This document shows positions 34,931 to 48,134 of a stretch of DNA of 64,000 nt, piece by piece. Numbering within the stretch: the first letter of the stretch is position 1; every line of letters begins with the position of its first letter. The notes under the pieces are model-generated. The model worked only from the letters and a program-made list of their open reading frames with translations. It was not told the origin of the DNA and did not search any database. This stretch comes from Scyliorhinus canicula (Eukaryota). The stretch spans positions 53,042,823 through 53,106,822 of the forward strand of contig NC_052158.1 in NCBI RefSeq assembly GCF_902713615.1, given 5' to 3'. The translations under genes and the position numbers were made by a program.

Positions 34931-35845
34931 TTGGTGGATGTGAATTCCTCTGATGACTGGTCCCCACAAAAACTGTCTTGGTAAATGCTAAAACAGCCAT
35001 AACTACTGTAGCTGGTTCACCCAAATGTCTGCAATCTGATCAAGATGGCGCCTTTTGTCTCCAGAGTTTTCAGAGACTTCTATGAATACTGGGCATGTGG
35101 GTTAGAAGACAGCACGCCAGGCTTTCTGCAGTTGGCGAAGCTAGTTAAACACAAAAGCCAGGAGGTTAAAAAAAACTATTGGTAAAAGTGGTATTGGTGA
35201 AACTATTTCAAATAAGGTGAAATAAATAGTCAGCTATCATTCGAGAAGTGGTAATGTGCCCTCATATACATCAGGAACTGTATCCCCTAAAACTCCATTT
35301 TATCTAATGTATTTTAAAGCTGAGATACATACACTTGCCCACAGTTACTTTCTTGCCTCTGAACATTCCGACTCCTATACTGATATTAGCAGCTAGATTT
35401 AGAACAAGAAATTACAGATTAGGTTTATAAAATTGATCAGACAATAAGGGAGACAAATGACCAAAACTAATGGAATAAAAAAGCATGATAACCTGTAACA
35501 GGAGAGGGCTCAGGGACCGAAGTTCGATCAAAAGCATAGCTTAAGGCCGAAGTGGTCAGATACATGAAGCTATTCATGAACAAACTGAACAAATATTTGT
35601 TAATCAGCCACATGGTGAGCAACCTATAAAGACTGTCATCATGGACAATCTGTAAAAGTGTTTGTGAAGGGCACAAGAACAGAACAACAATGCAAAGTTC
35701 ACTGGGACACAGTCTCCCAGGGTCCAGCTTAGAAGTCAGAAGTCAAAGAGATGAAGTTGACAATGTTGGTGCTGTCCAACATTGCAACACCTCAGGAGCT
35801 GGCCTCCCAAGGAGCCATGGACAAGACAAGTAAGTTTAATAAAGG

Positions 35846-36103
35846 TGTGGGGAGTCGGACGAGTAAACAAAAGAAGGTATTTATTTAGACAGACAACTAT
35901 TTATATAGGGCCCGGTTATACATCACCCTTACATAGGGCCCGGTTATACCTCACCGGGTCCTCTCCCTGTGTCGGTTCCTAACTGGCCGACATTTTAGAC
36001 AACATGGTTAGCAGCCGTGTGGTTAGCAGGGGAGCTCATAATCCTCGAGCCACAAGGGGAAAACAGTCAACCCCACCCTGTGTGCCCCAGGCAAGTTATT
36101 ACA
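35846..36103 (-). mobile_element. Probable solo LTR
   Basis: TG..ACA termini, TTTATT on plus strand (AATAAA on minus), short internal direct repeat TAGGGCCCGGTTATAC; no convincing TSD. Confidence 0.4.
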
Positions 36104-36709
36104 ATAAGAAGCAACATCTTGACACAACAGAAGAGAAAACACACCCAGGGCATGAATGAAACACTCAAATATTTCAGGCAGGGTTCGAAAGAAGAAAAAG
36201 AGATAGAGGTCCTCAAAACTCACCCCCAGCTGAGGAAAAAGCTGAGATGCTGTTGCCTCACATCAGCTATACTTATCCTCATACTCATTAATCACCAACC
36301 CTGTGGACTGATGGTGAAATAGGATTTGTATATACAGACTCGAGAGAGAGAAGACTTGTTTCAAAGCAACGATAGCAGTGAAAACACAACTGCTAATTCT
36401 ATGATCCACACCAGAAAGCATTGTGTTACAACAGTTCATAACCACACATCAATCCAGAGAAAAATAAGTACAACATTGTCAAATTTCAGTAGCAATCAGT
36501 AGTTTTGGCACCAGTAATATTGGAGTTTATTTTAAAAACAGGTACAAAAGCAGCTCGGACAGGTTCTACCGGTTCCTTTCATTTCTGAGCTTCAATGATC
36601 TCACCTTCTGGTGAAGTTTCACTTCCTTTTGGCATCATTTCAGCAGATCAATCACTTGCAGATTCACACGGCTCTGCACAAGTCAAGCCGCATTCCACAA
36701 TATTGGTTA

Positions 36710-37000
36710 GAATAATAATAATGTTTATTGTCACGTAGGCTTACATTAACATTGCAATGAGATTACTCTGAAAAGCCCCTAGTCGCCACATTCGGCGCCT
36801 GTTTGGGATCACGGAAGCAGAATTCAGAATGTCCAGGTTACCTAACAGTGATTGTGGGAGGAAACCTGAACACCTGGAGGAAACCCATGCAGACACGGGG
36901 AGAACGTGCAGACTCTGCACAGACAATGACCCAAACTGGGAATTGAACCTCGGGCCCTGGTGCTGTGAAGCCACAGTGCTAACCACTGTACTACCGTGCC
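36710..37000 (-). mobile_element. V-SINE subfamily with alternative (TTA)n-ending tail
   Basis: tRNA-like head and V-domain; tail ..CATTGCAATGTTAATGTAAGCCTACGTGACAATAAACATTATTATT differs from the CR1-type tails. Confidence 0.85.
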
Positions 37001-37384
37001 ACCTGGAGAGGCTAAGCCTCTCGAATTCAACTTCGTGCAAAAGGAAAGTGAACAAATCAGAAGGTTCAAAGTAATCATGTGAAAACTTAGGAAAGAACAC
37101 TTTCAGATGTCAGCTGCCTGGGGAGAAGACAAAAAATGAGAAATGCTTTGAAGAAGTTGGGACAGGTTTATCTCATTGACCGGGCTCTGCAAAAAAGCTA
37201 TCCTCAGACTGACGGGTTTGGGAAGCATCCCCGATCTGCCCAGCAAAATCATGCTTCACATATGACTACTGTATAATCATAATGCAGACATAATAAACAC
37301 AGTTTTTTCACGGCGTTGCACCTGGAGCCCAGGAGTAACAGGCCACACCAGGGAGAACTCGCCCGGACGCTGATTCGCACTAGA

Positions 37385-38969
37385 ACAAAGAATAAAGAAC
37401 AGTACAGCACAGGAACAGGCCCTTCAAGCCTGTACCGGTCCTGATACCAACCTTGGCCAAAACCCTCAGCACTTCCTTGTGACGTATCCCTATATACCCA
37501 TCTTATCCATGTATTTGTCAAGATGCCTTTTGAACACCGTTAATGTATCTGCTTCCACAACCTTCACTGGCAACACGTTCTAGGCACTCACCACCATCTG
37601 CATAAAAAACCTGCCTCGCACATCTCCTCCAAACTTTGCCCCACGGACCTTAAACCTATGCCCCCTGGTGACTGACCCTGGGAAAGAGCTCCTGTCCATC
37701 CACTCTATTCATAGAATTTACAGTGCAGAAGGAGGCCATTCGGCCCATCGAGTCTGCACCGGCTCTTGGAATGAGCACCTTACCCAAGCCCATACCTCCA
37801 CCCTATCCCCATAACCCAGTAACCCCACCTAACACTAAGGGCAATTTGGACCCTGAGGGCAATTTAGCCTGGCCAATTCACCTAACCTGCACATCTTTGG
37901 ACTGTGGGAGGAAACCGGAGCACCCGGAGGAAACCCATGCACACACGGGGAGAACGTGCAGACTCCACACAGACAGTGACCCAAGCCGGGATTCGAACCT
38001 GGGACCCTGGAGCTGTGAAGCATTTATGCTAACCACTATGCTACCGTGCTGCCTATTCATGCCCTCATAATCTTGTAGACCTCTATCAGGTCACCCCTCA
38101 ACCTCCATCATTCTATTGAAAACAGTCACTGTCTGTTCAGCCTCTCCGCATAGCTAACACCCTCCAGACCAGGCAACATCCTATGTAAACCTCCTCTGCA
38201 CCCTCTTCAAAGGCTCCACAGCTTTCTGTTAGTGTGGTGACCAGAATTGTGCACAATATTCCAAGTGCAGCCTTATCAAAGTTCTCTACAACTGCAGCAT
38301 GACTTGCTAGTTTTTATACTCGATGCCCTGTTCAATAAAGGCAAACATTCCGTGTACTTTCTTGACTACCTTGTCCACTTGTGTTGCCACTTTCAAAGAT
38401 CTGTGGAGCTGCCAGATCTCTTTGACTTTCCATATTCCTAAAAGTTTTGCCATTTACAGTATATTTCCCTTCTATTCTGGACCTACCAAAATGCATTACC
38501 TCACATTTGTGTGGATTAAACTCCATCTGCCATTTCTTTGCCCGTCTCTAACCTATCGATGTCCTGCTGCATCCTTTGACAATCCTCAACACTATCTGCC
38601 ACTACACCAACCTTGCTGTCATCCACGAACTTACTAATCAGACCAGCTACATTTTGCTCCAAATCGTTTCTGTACTCTGCAAACAACAGAGGTCCCAGCA
38701 CAGATCCCTGTGGAATTCCACTCGCCGCAACCTTCCATTCAGAAAAGCACCCTTCTAATGCGATACTCTTTGCCTTCTGTGACCGAGCCAGTTCTGTATC
38801 CACCTTACCACCTCACTTCCGATCCTATGTGACTTCACCTTTTGTACCAGTCTACCATAAGACACCTTGTCAAAGGCTTTACTGTAAACAACATCCAGCG
38901 ATCCCCCCCCACCCCCTCATCAATCTTTCTCACCTCCTCAAAAAACTCAATCAAGTTAGTGAGGCATGA
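37385..38969 (-). mobile_element. 5'-truncated CR1 (RT and 3' end) with a V-SINE at 37709-38052
   Basis: ORF 38516..38803 [23 protein letters not shown]; CR1 tail at 37385-37430; full SINE on the minus strand. Confidence 0.9.
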
Positions 38970-41377
38970 CTTCCGGTGGCGGCCATGGAGGAGTAGGTCG
39001 CACATTTTATAGCTCCCGCCTGTGACGGACTTTTGGACCTCTTTCTCCGTTTTTTTTCTGGATTTTATTGGATGAATTGGTAGAGAGTGAAAGGTGAGGA
39101 GAAATCCCCCTCCAGTGCATGGAGAATTGGACCAGAAATGGCCGTGTGAGAAGACAAAGTTTTACAAGAAAGACGCGAGCAGAGCCAGCAATGCGGGAAA
39201 GCATGGTGGAGAAGCAGGGCCGCAGGGAGACGGCACAGTGGTCGACGGAGCAGCTAGTGAAGTTTTTTGAAGATTGTTACGCTAAGCTGGACCCGATAAA
39301 GGCTTCAATTGATCAGGTGGTGCAGAATCAAGAAATCCACGGAAGAACGATCCAGGAGGTGGAGAAAAAGGTGTCCGAGCATGAGGAATACATAACCGTG
39401 CTGGAGACCAAGGTGGAGATGATGAATGACCACCAGAAAAGAATGCAGGAGAAGCTGGAGGACCTGGAGAACAGGTCCAGGAGGCAGAACCTGAGAATCG
39501 TCGGCCTCCCTGAAGGCAGTGAAAGATCGGATGCGAGGGCCTATGTGACAAGCATGTTGGAGATGTTGATGGGAGCTGAGACGTTCCCACGGCCCTTAGA
39601 AGTGTATAGATCGCATAGAGCACACACAAAGAATCCCCGAGCGAACGAGCAGCCGAGGGCGATGGTGGTACGTCTGCACGGTTCCTGTACATGGAACACA
39701 TTCTGCGCTGGGCCAAGGAAGAACGGAGAAACAGGTGGGAGAATTGTGAGCTGTGGATTTATCAAGACCTGGGCGCGGATTTGGCCAAGAGGCCTTCTTT
39801 AAGAAAGGGGCTATCAGATCAGCTAGGTCAGCTGGAACAATGGGGGACGGACAGGTGATAAGCTTGAGCTTGATATGGGGGGTTGGGTTTCTGGTGCAGT
39901 TACGAGGCGGGAGGGAAGGGGGAGCTGCTTTGCTGACAGGGGAGGAAGTGCTATAAGGGGACAAATGGGAGGTCGGGGATGGCGAATGCCCAAGGGCGGG
40001 CTTGAGGAGGCTGGGGACGTGAGCTGGAGGCTGGCCTAAAAAGGGCGATCGCTAGTCGAAGGGGGAGGGGGGGGGGGGGGGTGGCGGCGGGAAGGGCGAC
40101 CAGGCTGATTACATGGAGGGGGCTGAATGGGACAGTCAAGAGGGCTCACGTGTTCATGCATCTGAGGGGGCTGAAGGCGGACATGGCAATGTTACAAGAG
40201 ACACACCTAAAGGTTACAGACCAGACTAGATTGAGGAAGGGGTGGGTTGGCTAAGTATTCCACTCAGGGCTGGACTCAAAGACTGGGGGATAGCCATTCT
40301 GATTAATAAACGGGTGGCATTTGAGGCAGGGAGAATCGTGTCAGTTACGGGGGGGCAGGTACATAATGGTGAATGGGAAGCTGTAGGGCGTGCGGGTGGT
40401 ACTCGTGAACATATATGCTCCGAACTGGGACGATGTGGAATCTATGAGGCGGGTGTTAGGTTAGATCCCAGACTTAGAATCACATAACCTGACCATGGTG
40501 GCGGGGGAATTTTAACACAGTCATTGATCCGGAATTGGACCAGTCAAAATCCAGGACAAAATCCCAGGCAAAGGAATTGAAGGGGTTTATGGAACAGATG
40601 GGGGGAGTAGACCCATGGAGGCTTTGACAGCCAAGTGCGAGGGAGTTTTCTTTTTTCTCCCATGTACACAAGGTATACTCTTGCATCGACTCACATGGCT
40701 CTAATACCGGGGGTGGTGGGTACTGAGTACTCGGCAATCGCAATGTCGGATCATGCCCCACATTGAGTGGATCTATGGGTTAGTGTGAAGAGAGGACAAC
40801 GCCCGCTATGGAGGCTGGATGTGGGGTTGCTAGCAGACGAAACGGTCTGTGGGCGGGTTAACAAGTCCATCCATAACTACCTGTAAACAAATGATACGGG
40901 GGAGGTCTCTGCAGCGACTGTCTGGGAAGCTTTGAAGGCAGTGGTCAGAGGGGAATTAATCTCGATACGGGCCCACAGAGAAAAGCGGAATGAGCTGAGA
41001 GGGATAGGCTAGTTGGGGAGATACTCCAGGTGGGCAGGTGATACTTGGAAGCCAGTGACGCGGGGTTACTGAAGGAGCGGTGGAAGTTACAGGTGGAATT
41101 TGGGCTGTTGATGACAGGGAAGGCGGTAGAACAGCTGAGGAAGGCAAGGGGGGAATATCTATGAGTATGGGAAAAAGGCAAGCAGAATGTTGGCGCACCA
41201 GCTCAGGAAAAGGGAGGCAGCCAGGGAGATGGGGAGAGTAAAGAGGTGGGATCACGGTCCTGGACCCAGTGGGGATGAATGAGGTGTTTAAGGACTTTTA
41301 CAGCAGATTATATGAGTCGGAACCCCCAGTTGGGATGGAGGGGATGGGGCAGTTCTTGGGTCATTTGAGGTTCCCTG

Positions 41378-41708
41378 GGGGCAGCACAATCGCTTCACAG
41401 CGCCGGGGTCCCAGGTTCGATTCCGGCTTGGGTCACTGTCTGTGTGGAGTCTGCACATCCTCCCTGTGTGTGCATGGGTTTCCTCCAGGTGCTCCGGTTT
41501 CCTCCCACAGTCAAAAGATGTGCAGGTTAGGTGGATTGGCCATGATAAATTTCCCTCAGTGTCCAAAATTGCCCTTAGTGTTGGGTGGGGGTAATGGGGA
41601 TAGGGTGGAGGTGTTGACTTTGGGTAGGGTGCTCTTTCCAGGAGTCGGTGCAGACTCGATGGGCCGAATGGCCTCCTTCTGCACTGTAAATTCTATGACT
41701 TCTATGAT
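41378..41708 (+). mobile_element. V-SINE (HE1-like) in L1 ORF2
   Basis: Head (partly deleted), V-domain, tail GATGGGCCGAATGGCCTCCTTCTGCACTGTAAATTCTATGA. Confidence 0.93.
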
Positions 41709-42043
41709 TCCCGAGGGTGGATGAGGATCTGGTGGAAAGGCTGGGAGCCCCAATTGAAATTGAAGAAATAATGGAGGGGTTAGAGGGCATGCATTCGGGC
41801 AAGACCCTGGGGCCTGACGGCTACCCGGTGGAATTCTATAATAACTTTTCAGAGATATTGAGCCCACTGCTGGTGAGTGCATTTAATGAAGCAAGAGAGA
41901 AGGGAGTCCTCCCACCAACAATGTCGCAGGCCTCGGTTTCATTGATCCTGAAACGGGAGAAGGATCCAGAGGAATGTGGGCCATACAGGCCAATTTCTCC
42001 ACTGAATGTGGACGCCATAATTGTTGGCTAAGATACTGGCTAC

Positions 42044-42970
42044 TGTTGGTCGTTCTGGGTGAGTGTACACTCAATTTGGCTCTGTTTCTTTACTTAGCTC
42101 TGGAGTCGCCAGGTATCGTTAAGATACCGCCACAAGTTCAAGGTGAAGTTCAAAGCAATAAAATCATACACCAATTAGTAAGTTTAAACAACTGAGTTTA
42201 TTATAATACAATTATAATAACTACCCATGCACACGCTAAAAGGATTAAGCTATTCCTACCACTAAATAAACTAATACTTATCTCGAAGGAACTGCCGGGT
42301 CAGGGAACAAGGCCTCTTGCTCTGCTCTGCAGACTTCAGTATAAGTTAAAAGGGGTCAGGAGTGTCTATCTCTGGTAGCGCTCGTTGTGAGACACTTACT
42401 TGCTGGCGGCTGCCTTCCGAACCTCTCTCTCTCTCCTTCAGGGTCTTCTTGGCAAAAGCTGGTGGAGATGCTGGTCCACGGAGGAGTGCTGGTCAAGGAG
42501 AGAGGAGGGCTGGACGAGAAGACTGAACCATGTGTGGAACCTTTCTTTTATAGGTCCCAGGGATCCGCGCCCCTTTGGGCGGACTCCCTTACCTGCTTGG
42601 AATCGATTGGGTCTCTTCCCAATCGATATGTTTCAATCCCCCCAATACTGAGGCTGTTCCTTAGCTACTGGGCGGGCTCCCAGGCTCTTTGTTTTCGAAC
42701 CCTGTTGGTGCCTGAGTGTCTGGTATCCTTTACAATGTTGCAGTTGCTTCCCCATTTGTGTCCATTGTATCTGGAATCGTTCCATTAACATGCTAATTAT
42801 CCTCATTAGTATGCAGAATGTTCGTTTCGGTGCTGTCTGATTTCTTAGCAGACAGAATCCACACCTGCTAGGTGCAGCCTGCTGGCGCTGCAAACATTGT
42901 CCATTTTATTCTATATGCTTTGCGTTCCTCCATTTTGTATTCAGGGAAATGGCCAACTTCGGTAGCTACA
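42044..42970 (-). mobile_element. Solo LTR (927 bp), related to the retrovirus-like element at 58735-62069
   Basis: TG..CA termini; 4-bp TSD CTAC/CCAC; removal restores L1 KILATRIE; strong similarity to 61124-62069. Confidence 0.88.
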
Positions 42971-44597
42971 CCACAAGGATAGAGGATTGTGTCCCGGGGG
43001 TGATAGGGGAAGACCAGACGGGATTTCTAAAGGGCAGGCAACTCACGGCCAATGTTCAAAGACATTGTTATTATGTTATTATGATGCCCTCAAAAGGAGG
43101 GGAGATGGAGGTGGTGGTTGCGATGGATGCGGAGAAGGCTTTTGATCGGAGTGGGATTACTATGATGATAGGGGGAGGGTGAAGGGGTGAATCTAAAAAG
43201 GAGGGTGCCAGAAGGGCTGGAATTGAAAGGGGCGGCCATAAAAGTGAGGGGCCCTCAATAACTGTGGCAGATTATGAACCCTACTGGGGGGGGGGGGGGG
43301 GGTGGTGCCCTCATGCCCATGCTGATGAATGGGTGCGGGGCTGGATCACCTTCATAGCCAATTGGTGGGGAGTGGGGGGAGTATTATGCAGACTTTTCAA
43401 GATGAAGGGGAAATTGCCCCTTCGGGGTCGAGGGTTGGGGGTATTGTCCATGTCTGCTCAAGGGGTCATAATGCCCATGGGTGGGTGGGCCTCACCCTCA
43501 CTTTGTCATCGGCAGACATCCTGATCTCTGAGGAACTGGTCTCCCCACTCCAGAAAACAATTCGAAGGGCAGATTTAATGGGCGCATTGCGTTTGGGCGA
43601 GAGCGCTGTGCCACCCCCTGGATCATGTATACCTGTTAACACCAGCCCCTGCCCTGCCTGTCTGTCCCACCGACCACCCATAACTCCGACTAACCCCGTA
43701 TGCTTCAGGCCGCCTGGTTGAAGGCTCTTGCTTCTAGGGAATTGGCAATCGTAGTTAATTGAGCACTTCACAGCTCTCAAATGGATTGCTTTGGGAAGGC
43801 AGACCGTGTGCCTGAACACTGCAGGAAGGAACACCAGCAGGATTCGCCACTATCGGCAGATGCCCCAGGTCCAGGGGACATCTCCATGACCAGAGGGTGA
43901 GTGTGCGCACCGGTGAGGGGACCAGCGTCCTGTCCAGGTAACATTATGTGCGGGTGTTTGGGAAACAGGATGTAGGGTCACTGCTGCAGCCGGGGGAGTG
44001 TGACTGGGCGTGTCAGATGGCAGAGGATGTGGGGGGGGGAGAGAGCAATGGGGAATGATGGGTCCCAGGGTGGAAGTCACTGCTGGTTGTCAGTCTCCAC
44101 CCTCTTGACCCCACGGAAGCTGCCCTCGTGATGCTGCTGGCAGGCTAGGTGACCAGAGCCAGAGAAGTGGCAGCAGCAGTTTGACAGACACTCAAGATGG
44201 TGGCCCATGTGCAGGGCCCTGCCTCACACCATCAACACCCGGCTGCCCATCGGGCCAGGGAAAGAGGGGGAGGCCAACAATGGCACAAGGTGTCCGGACA
44301 CACTGGTTCTTCGATAGACAGTGTGTGTCACAGAAGGCTCCGACTCAACAAGGGGACAGTGCTGCACCTGTGCCATGACCTCGCCGACTTGGCACCATAT
44401 GGACGAGGAGGACACCCACTCCTGGTGGCTGACAAGGTCACTGCAGCTCTGAACATCTACGCCTCAGGATTATTCCAGGGCTCGAACGGGGACTTGTGTG
44501 GCATATTACAAGCTATAGACCACAAGTGCATTCAGGAGGCCATGGATGCCCTGTTTGCCTGGACAGCGAACTATATAAGCTTTGCCATCGACCATAC

Positions 44598-44953
44598 CGG
44601 GCAGCACGGTAGCATTGTGGATAGGACAATTGCTTCACAGCTCCAGGGTCCCAGGTTCAATTCCGGCTAGGGTCACTGTCTGTGCGGAGTCTGCACATCC
44701 TCCCCGTGTGTGCATGGGTTTCCTCCGGGTGCTCCGGTTTCCTCCCACAGTCCAAAGATGTGCGGGTTAGGTGGATTGGCCATGCTAAATTGCCCTTAGT
44801 GTCCAAAATTGCCCTTAGAGTTGGGTGGGGTTACTGGGTTGTGGGGATAGGGTGGAGGTGTTGACCTTGGGTAGGGTGCTCTTTGCAAGAGCTGGTGCAG
44901 ACTCGATGGGCTAAATGGCCTCCTTCTGCACTGTAAATTCTATGATCTATGAT
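44598..44953 (+). mobile_element. V-SINE (HE1-like) in the Harbinger nuclease gene
   Basis: Full head, V-domain and tail. Confidence 0.94.
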
Positions 44954-45579
44954 ACCCATCAAGATGCTCGGTCAGCAGGATTCTTTGCTGTCGCCGGGAT
45001 GCCCCAGGTCCAGGGGCATGCATGTTGCCTTGCGCTCACCGGACTGACCATGACATCAATAGGAAGAGGCTCCAGTCCCTGTATGTCATGCACATGACAC
45101 CCGCGCTGTCATTGAGCAATGCATCGGATTGCTCAAAATTCAGTTTTGATGCCACGACCGCTCTGGTGGTGCACTGCAGTACATCCAGAGGGTCACCTGC
45201 TGTGCCCTCCAAAACCTGGCATAGTAGCGGGGCAACATGCTGAAGGGGGAGGGGGAGGAACATGTGACAACGATGAGGAGGCACCGGACCAAGAGGGGCT
45301 GGAGGACGAGCTCTAGGAAGATCTACAGGACTAACTGGAGGACGGGCGGCAGCAGCGATGGTCCATCAAACTCGGAGGGCTAGGAACCTCACCCGCTTCA
45401 CCTACGTGGCCTCGTCCATCATCGCACCCCATTCCCTCTCTCTCCCCCCCACCCATTCCTCCTCCCATTCCTCCCAATCCCCCTTCCCCTATCGCTCCTT
45501 CCCCTACCCATTTCTCTCCCCCCCACCCAGAGCCCTGTTCCACCCTCCCAGGGTCTGTTATTCTGGAGTGTCCCAGCAA

Positions 45580-45895
45580 TGCCCACCTGTGACTGGGACA
45601 TGTTCTGGCGTGCCGTGGCAATGCCCACCTTCGACTGGGACATGTTCTGGAGTGCCGTGGCAATGCCCACCTGTGACTGGGCCATGTTCTGGAGTGCCAT
45701 GGCAATGCCCACCTTCGACTGGGACATGTTCTGGAGTGCCATGGCAATGTCCAACTGTGACTGGGCCATGTTCTGGAGTGCCATGGCAATGTCCAACTGT
45801 GACTGGGACATGTTCTGGAGTGCCATGGCAATGCCCAACTGTGACTGGGCCATGTTCTGGAGTGCCATGGCAATGCCCAACTGTGACTGGGACAT
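45580..45895 (-). repeat. 42-bp coding tandem repeat (MSQSQLGIAMALQN)n in the Harbinger Myb/SANT C-terminus
   Basis: ORF 45419..45895 shows ~7-8 in-frame 14-aa units. Confidence 0.85.
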
Positions 45896-45946
45896 GCTCT
45901 ACAATGTCTCATACAAGCCCAACTTGGGGCTGGGACATGTCCCCCG

Positions 45947-46304
45947 TGTGACATTATAGGAAATGTACAGATGACAAAGGGTTAATGTCATATTATAATT
46001 AACCACTAGACGGAACTGGATGCAGGACTATATAAAGCAGTGACTCACAGATCTCTGGGAGAGAGCTGGAGAGGAGAGCTAGAGAGAGCAGTGATAGAGT
46101 TCAGTTCAGTTTTAGATAAAGTGGTAAGATTAGTGTAGTTGAGTATAGATTATAGTTAGATTCTTGTTTACTTTAGGAGTAAGTGATCAAGCTTAATTTA
46201 AGTAGTGTAAATAAATGTTAGCTTTGTTTATGAACTTAGCTTCTGTGGTCTTTGTGAACACTACAGCATTCATCCTGAGAACAAGAATCACAAATAACAC
46301 CACA
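45947..46304 (+). mobile_element. Probable solo LTR in the Harbinger Myb/SANT gene
   Basis: TGTGAC...CACCACA termini, TATATAAA ~46030, AATAAA ~46210; AT-rich block inside a GC-rich host; TSD not evident. Confidence 0.65.
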
Positions 46305-47946
46305 GCCCTCGGCCATGGCCATCATGACAGCCATACCTTGGACACTTCCACTCATGCTGCTGACATTGTGCACCAGGCTTTCCACTGCGGTCGCCACCCT
46401 GGTAGTGTTGGTCTCGGTGCTATGCATTGCCGGCGCTATCTCCTGTGCCCATAGTCTCTGGAAGTTCACCAATCACCTACAGACCTCCTGGATTGTCACT
46501 GACATCCCCCTCTGAATCTAACGGCTGTACCCTATCAACTGCATCAGCTCCGGGTACATCTAGTTCACATGCTGAGCATCTGGCTGGGACCCAGCTGGAT
46601 CCTGGGATCCAGCAGACTTCCAACTGCTGTCAAGCCTGGGGGTTACTGCCTCCACCAGATCTGCATCTGCAACAGTGTGGTGCTCACCAGAATGTGACCC
46701 AGAAGACTGTTGCCCAACAAGGTGTGTCTCTGCACTGATGGAGTGTGGGTATGATAGCTGTGCTGTAAATATGATGGTCTTCTCGGAGCTCCCCTCCAAG
46801 GTTTTCTCATGGGAGGCGGAGCAGGGAGGGTGGGTCCATGCTGGATGGGCCGGCAATGTCGAATGGAGATCCTGCAGGAGAATGGACATGTGGTCAGTGG
46901 GAGGGATGGGTCATCATGCTGGCATTAACAACTCACCTGCGACAGATCATCCGGTGGGGGCAAGTGGATCCTCACCTCTGCGCCGTATGCCAAGCTCAAC
47001 ATCGCTGACCAACCTGTTCTCGGCCATACCCATGACCCTCAGGGCCCATTCCTCACAGGGGGTGAAGACTCTGATGCCTGGTACCCGCCAGTCGTCTGGG
47101 CCCTCTACCATCTGTTGTGGGCCAACCTCTCCTCTGGGCACATGGGGGGGGGCATCGTGAGCTGCACGCGTCGTTCATCGTAGAGGGAGTGGCAAGCGGA
47201 GGGGGGAAGGCAGGGGGGTTGAAGGGGAGAATGGAGGGAATGGGGAATATTGGAGGGGGGTGGGGGGGTTGCGGGCTGGCGTGGGCTGGACATGGGTGGG
47301 CCAGGGCACGGTACAGTGCTGGGCGGGGATGCATCCTGGTGCATGCTTGTGGGGAGGGGGATGGTGGGCAGGGATGGTGCCAGGAGGCTGGTACCAACCC
47401 ATCCATGTGCCCGGTGGAGGTTCTTGATTTTCTTATGGCACTGGGTGCCGGTCCTCCTGGTGCTGCTCCCTGACCTGACGGTCACTGTCACTCCCCCAGG
47501 CACATGAGCTGCTTGTGGCTGACCCTCCAAATTCCTTGGGGAACAGGGCATGCCGTCTGGTCTCGACGGTGTCCAACAATCTGGCCAGGTCGGCATCCTC
47601 GAGTCGTAGGGTTGGTCTCCTCGGTGGAATGGTTGTGAGCTGTGTGGCGTCTGCTCTGCGGGATCTGTTTAAATGCAGCTCCGCCTTGTTGGTGGAGAGC
47701 TGGCGGCCACGGTCCCGGTTAATCAACTGGTGGGACCATCATTTATGGCCTTGTTAATTGGACCAATTAACTTTTGATACTGGTGATGGCCTTGCCGGGT
47801 CAAGTATCGGGAACAGCGCAGCAACTCCCGTTCACTACTTAGAAACCTTTCCATTAAATCACACCCTAAGTATGGTATTTACCAGTGAGAAACTCCCCAA
47901 ACTCCCAATAAAATGATTAAGGGCGCAACCGTACCAAAACAATATA

Positions 47947-48134
47947 GGGCGGGATTCCCTCTCCCGCCGTACTCGTTTTTTAGTGCGATGCACCCCACTG
48001 GCAGTAGGATACTCCGTCCTGCCAGCCAGCAAATGGTATTTCCCACTGTGGGCATCCCCACGCTGTAGAGAAGTCCATGAGCGTGAGTCTGCTGCTGGCG
48101 AAATGGAGGATCACGTTGATGGAGAATCCGACCC
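47947..48134. mobile_element. MITE, 188 bp, 3-bp TSD ATA
   Basis: TIRs GGGCGGGATTC / GGGTCGGATTC; ATA at 47944-47946 and 48135-48137. Confidence 0.7.

Larger units (their letters stand above)
38970..43150 (+). mobile_element. L1-clade LINE: 5' UTR, ORF1, decayed ORF2 (APE, RT); 3' end lost; hosts a SINE and a solo LTR
   Basis: ORF 39119..39802 DLENRSRRQNLRIVGLPEG (L1 ORF1 coiled-coil/RRM); GKTLGPDGYPVEFY, YRPISPLNVD, DQTGF, DAEKAFDR. Confidence 0.92.
43567..47866. mobile_element. Harbinger transposon, two convergent genes: HARBI1-type DDE nuclease (+, ~44180-45330) and Myb/SANT-like (-, ~47630-45540), decayed
   Basis: TIRs GGGCAGATTTAATGG / GGGTGTGATTTAATGG, flanks GAA/TAA; nuclease KVTAALNIYASG.FQ...GDLCGI; Myb LEDADLARLLDTVETRRHALFP, QCHKKIKNL. 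Confidence 0.85.

Noticed and set aside
36218-36300. Second leader exon suggested by a GTGAGT donor on the minus strand near 36222
   Set aside because: Upstream codons do not form a signal peptide, and no X/Y promoter module is present.
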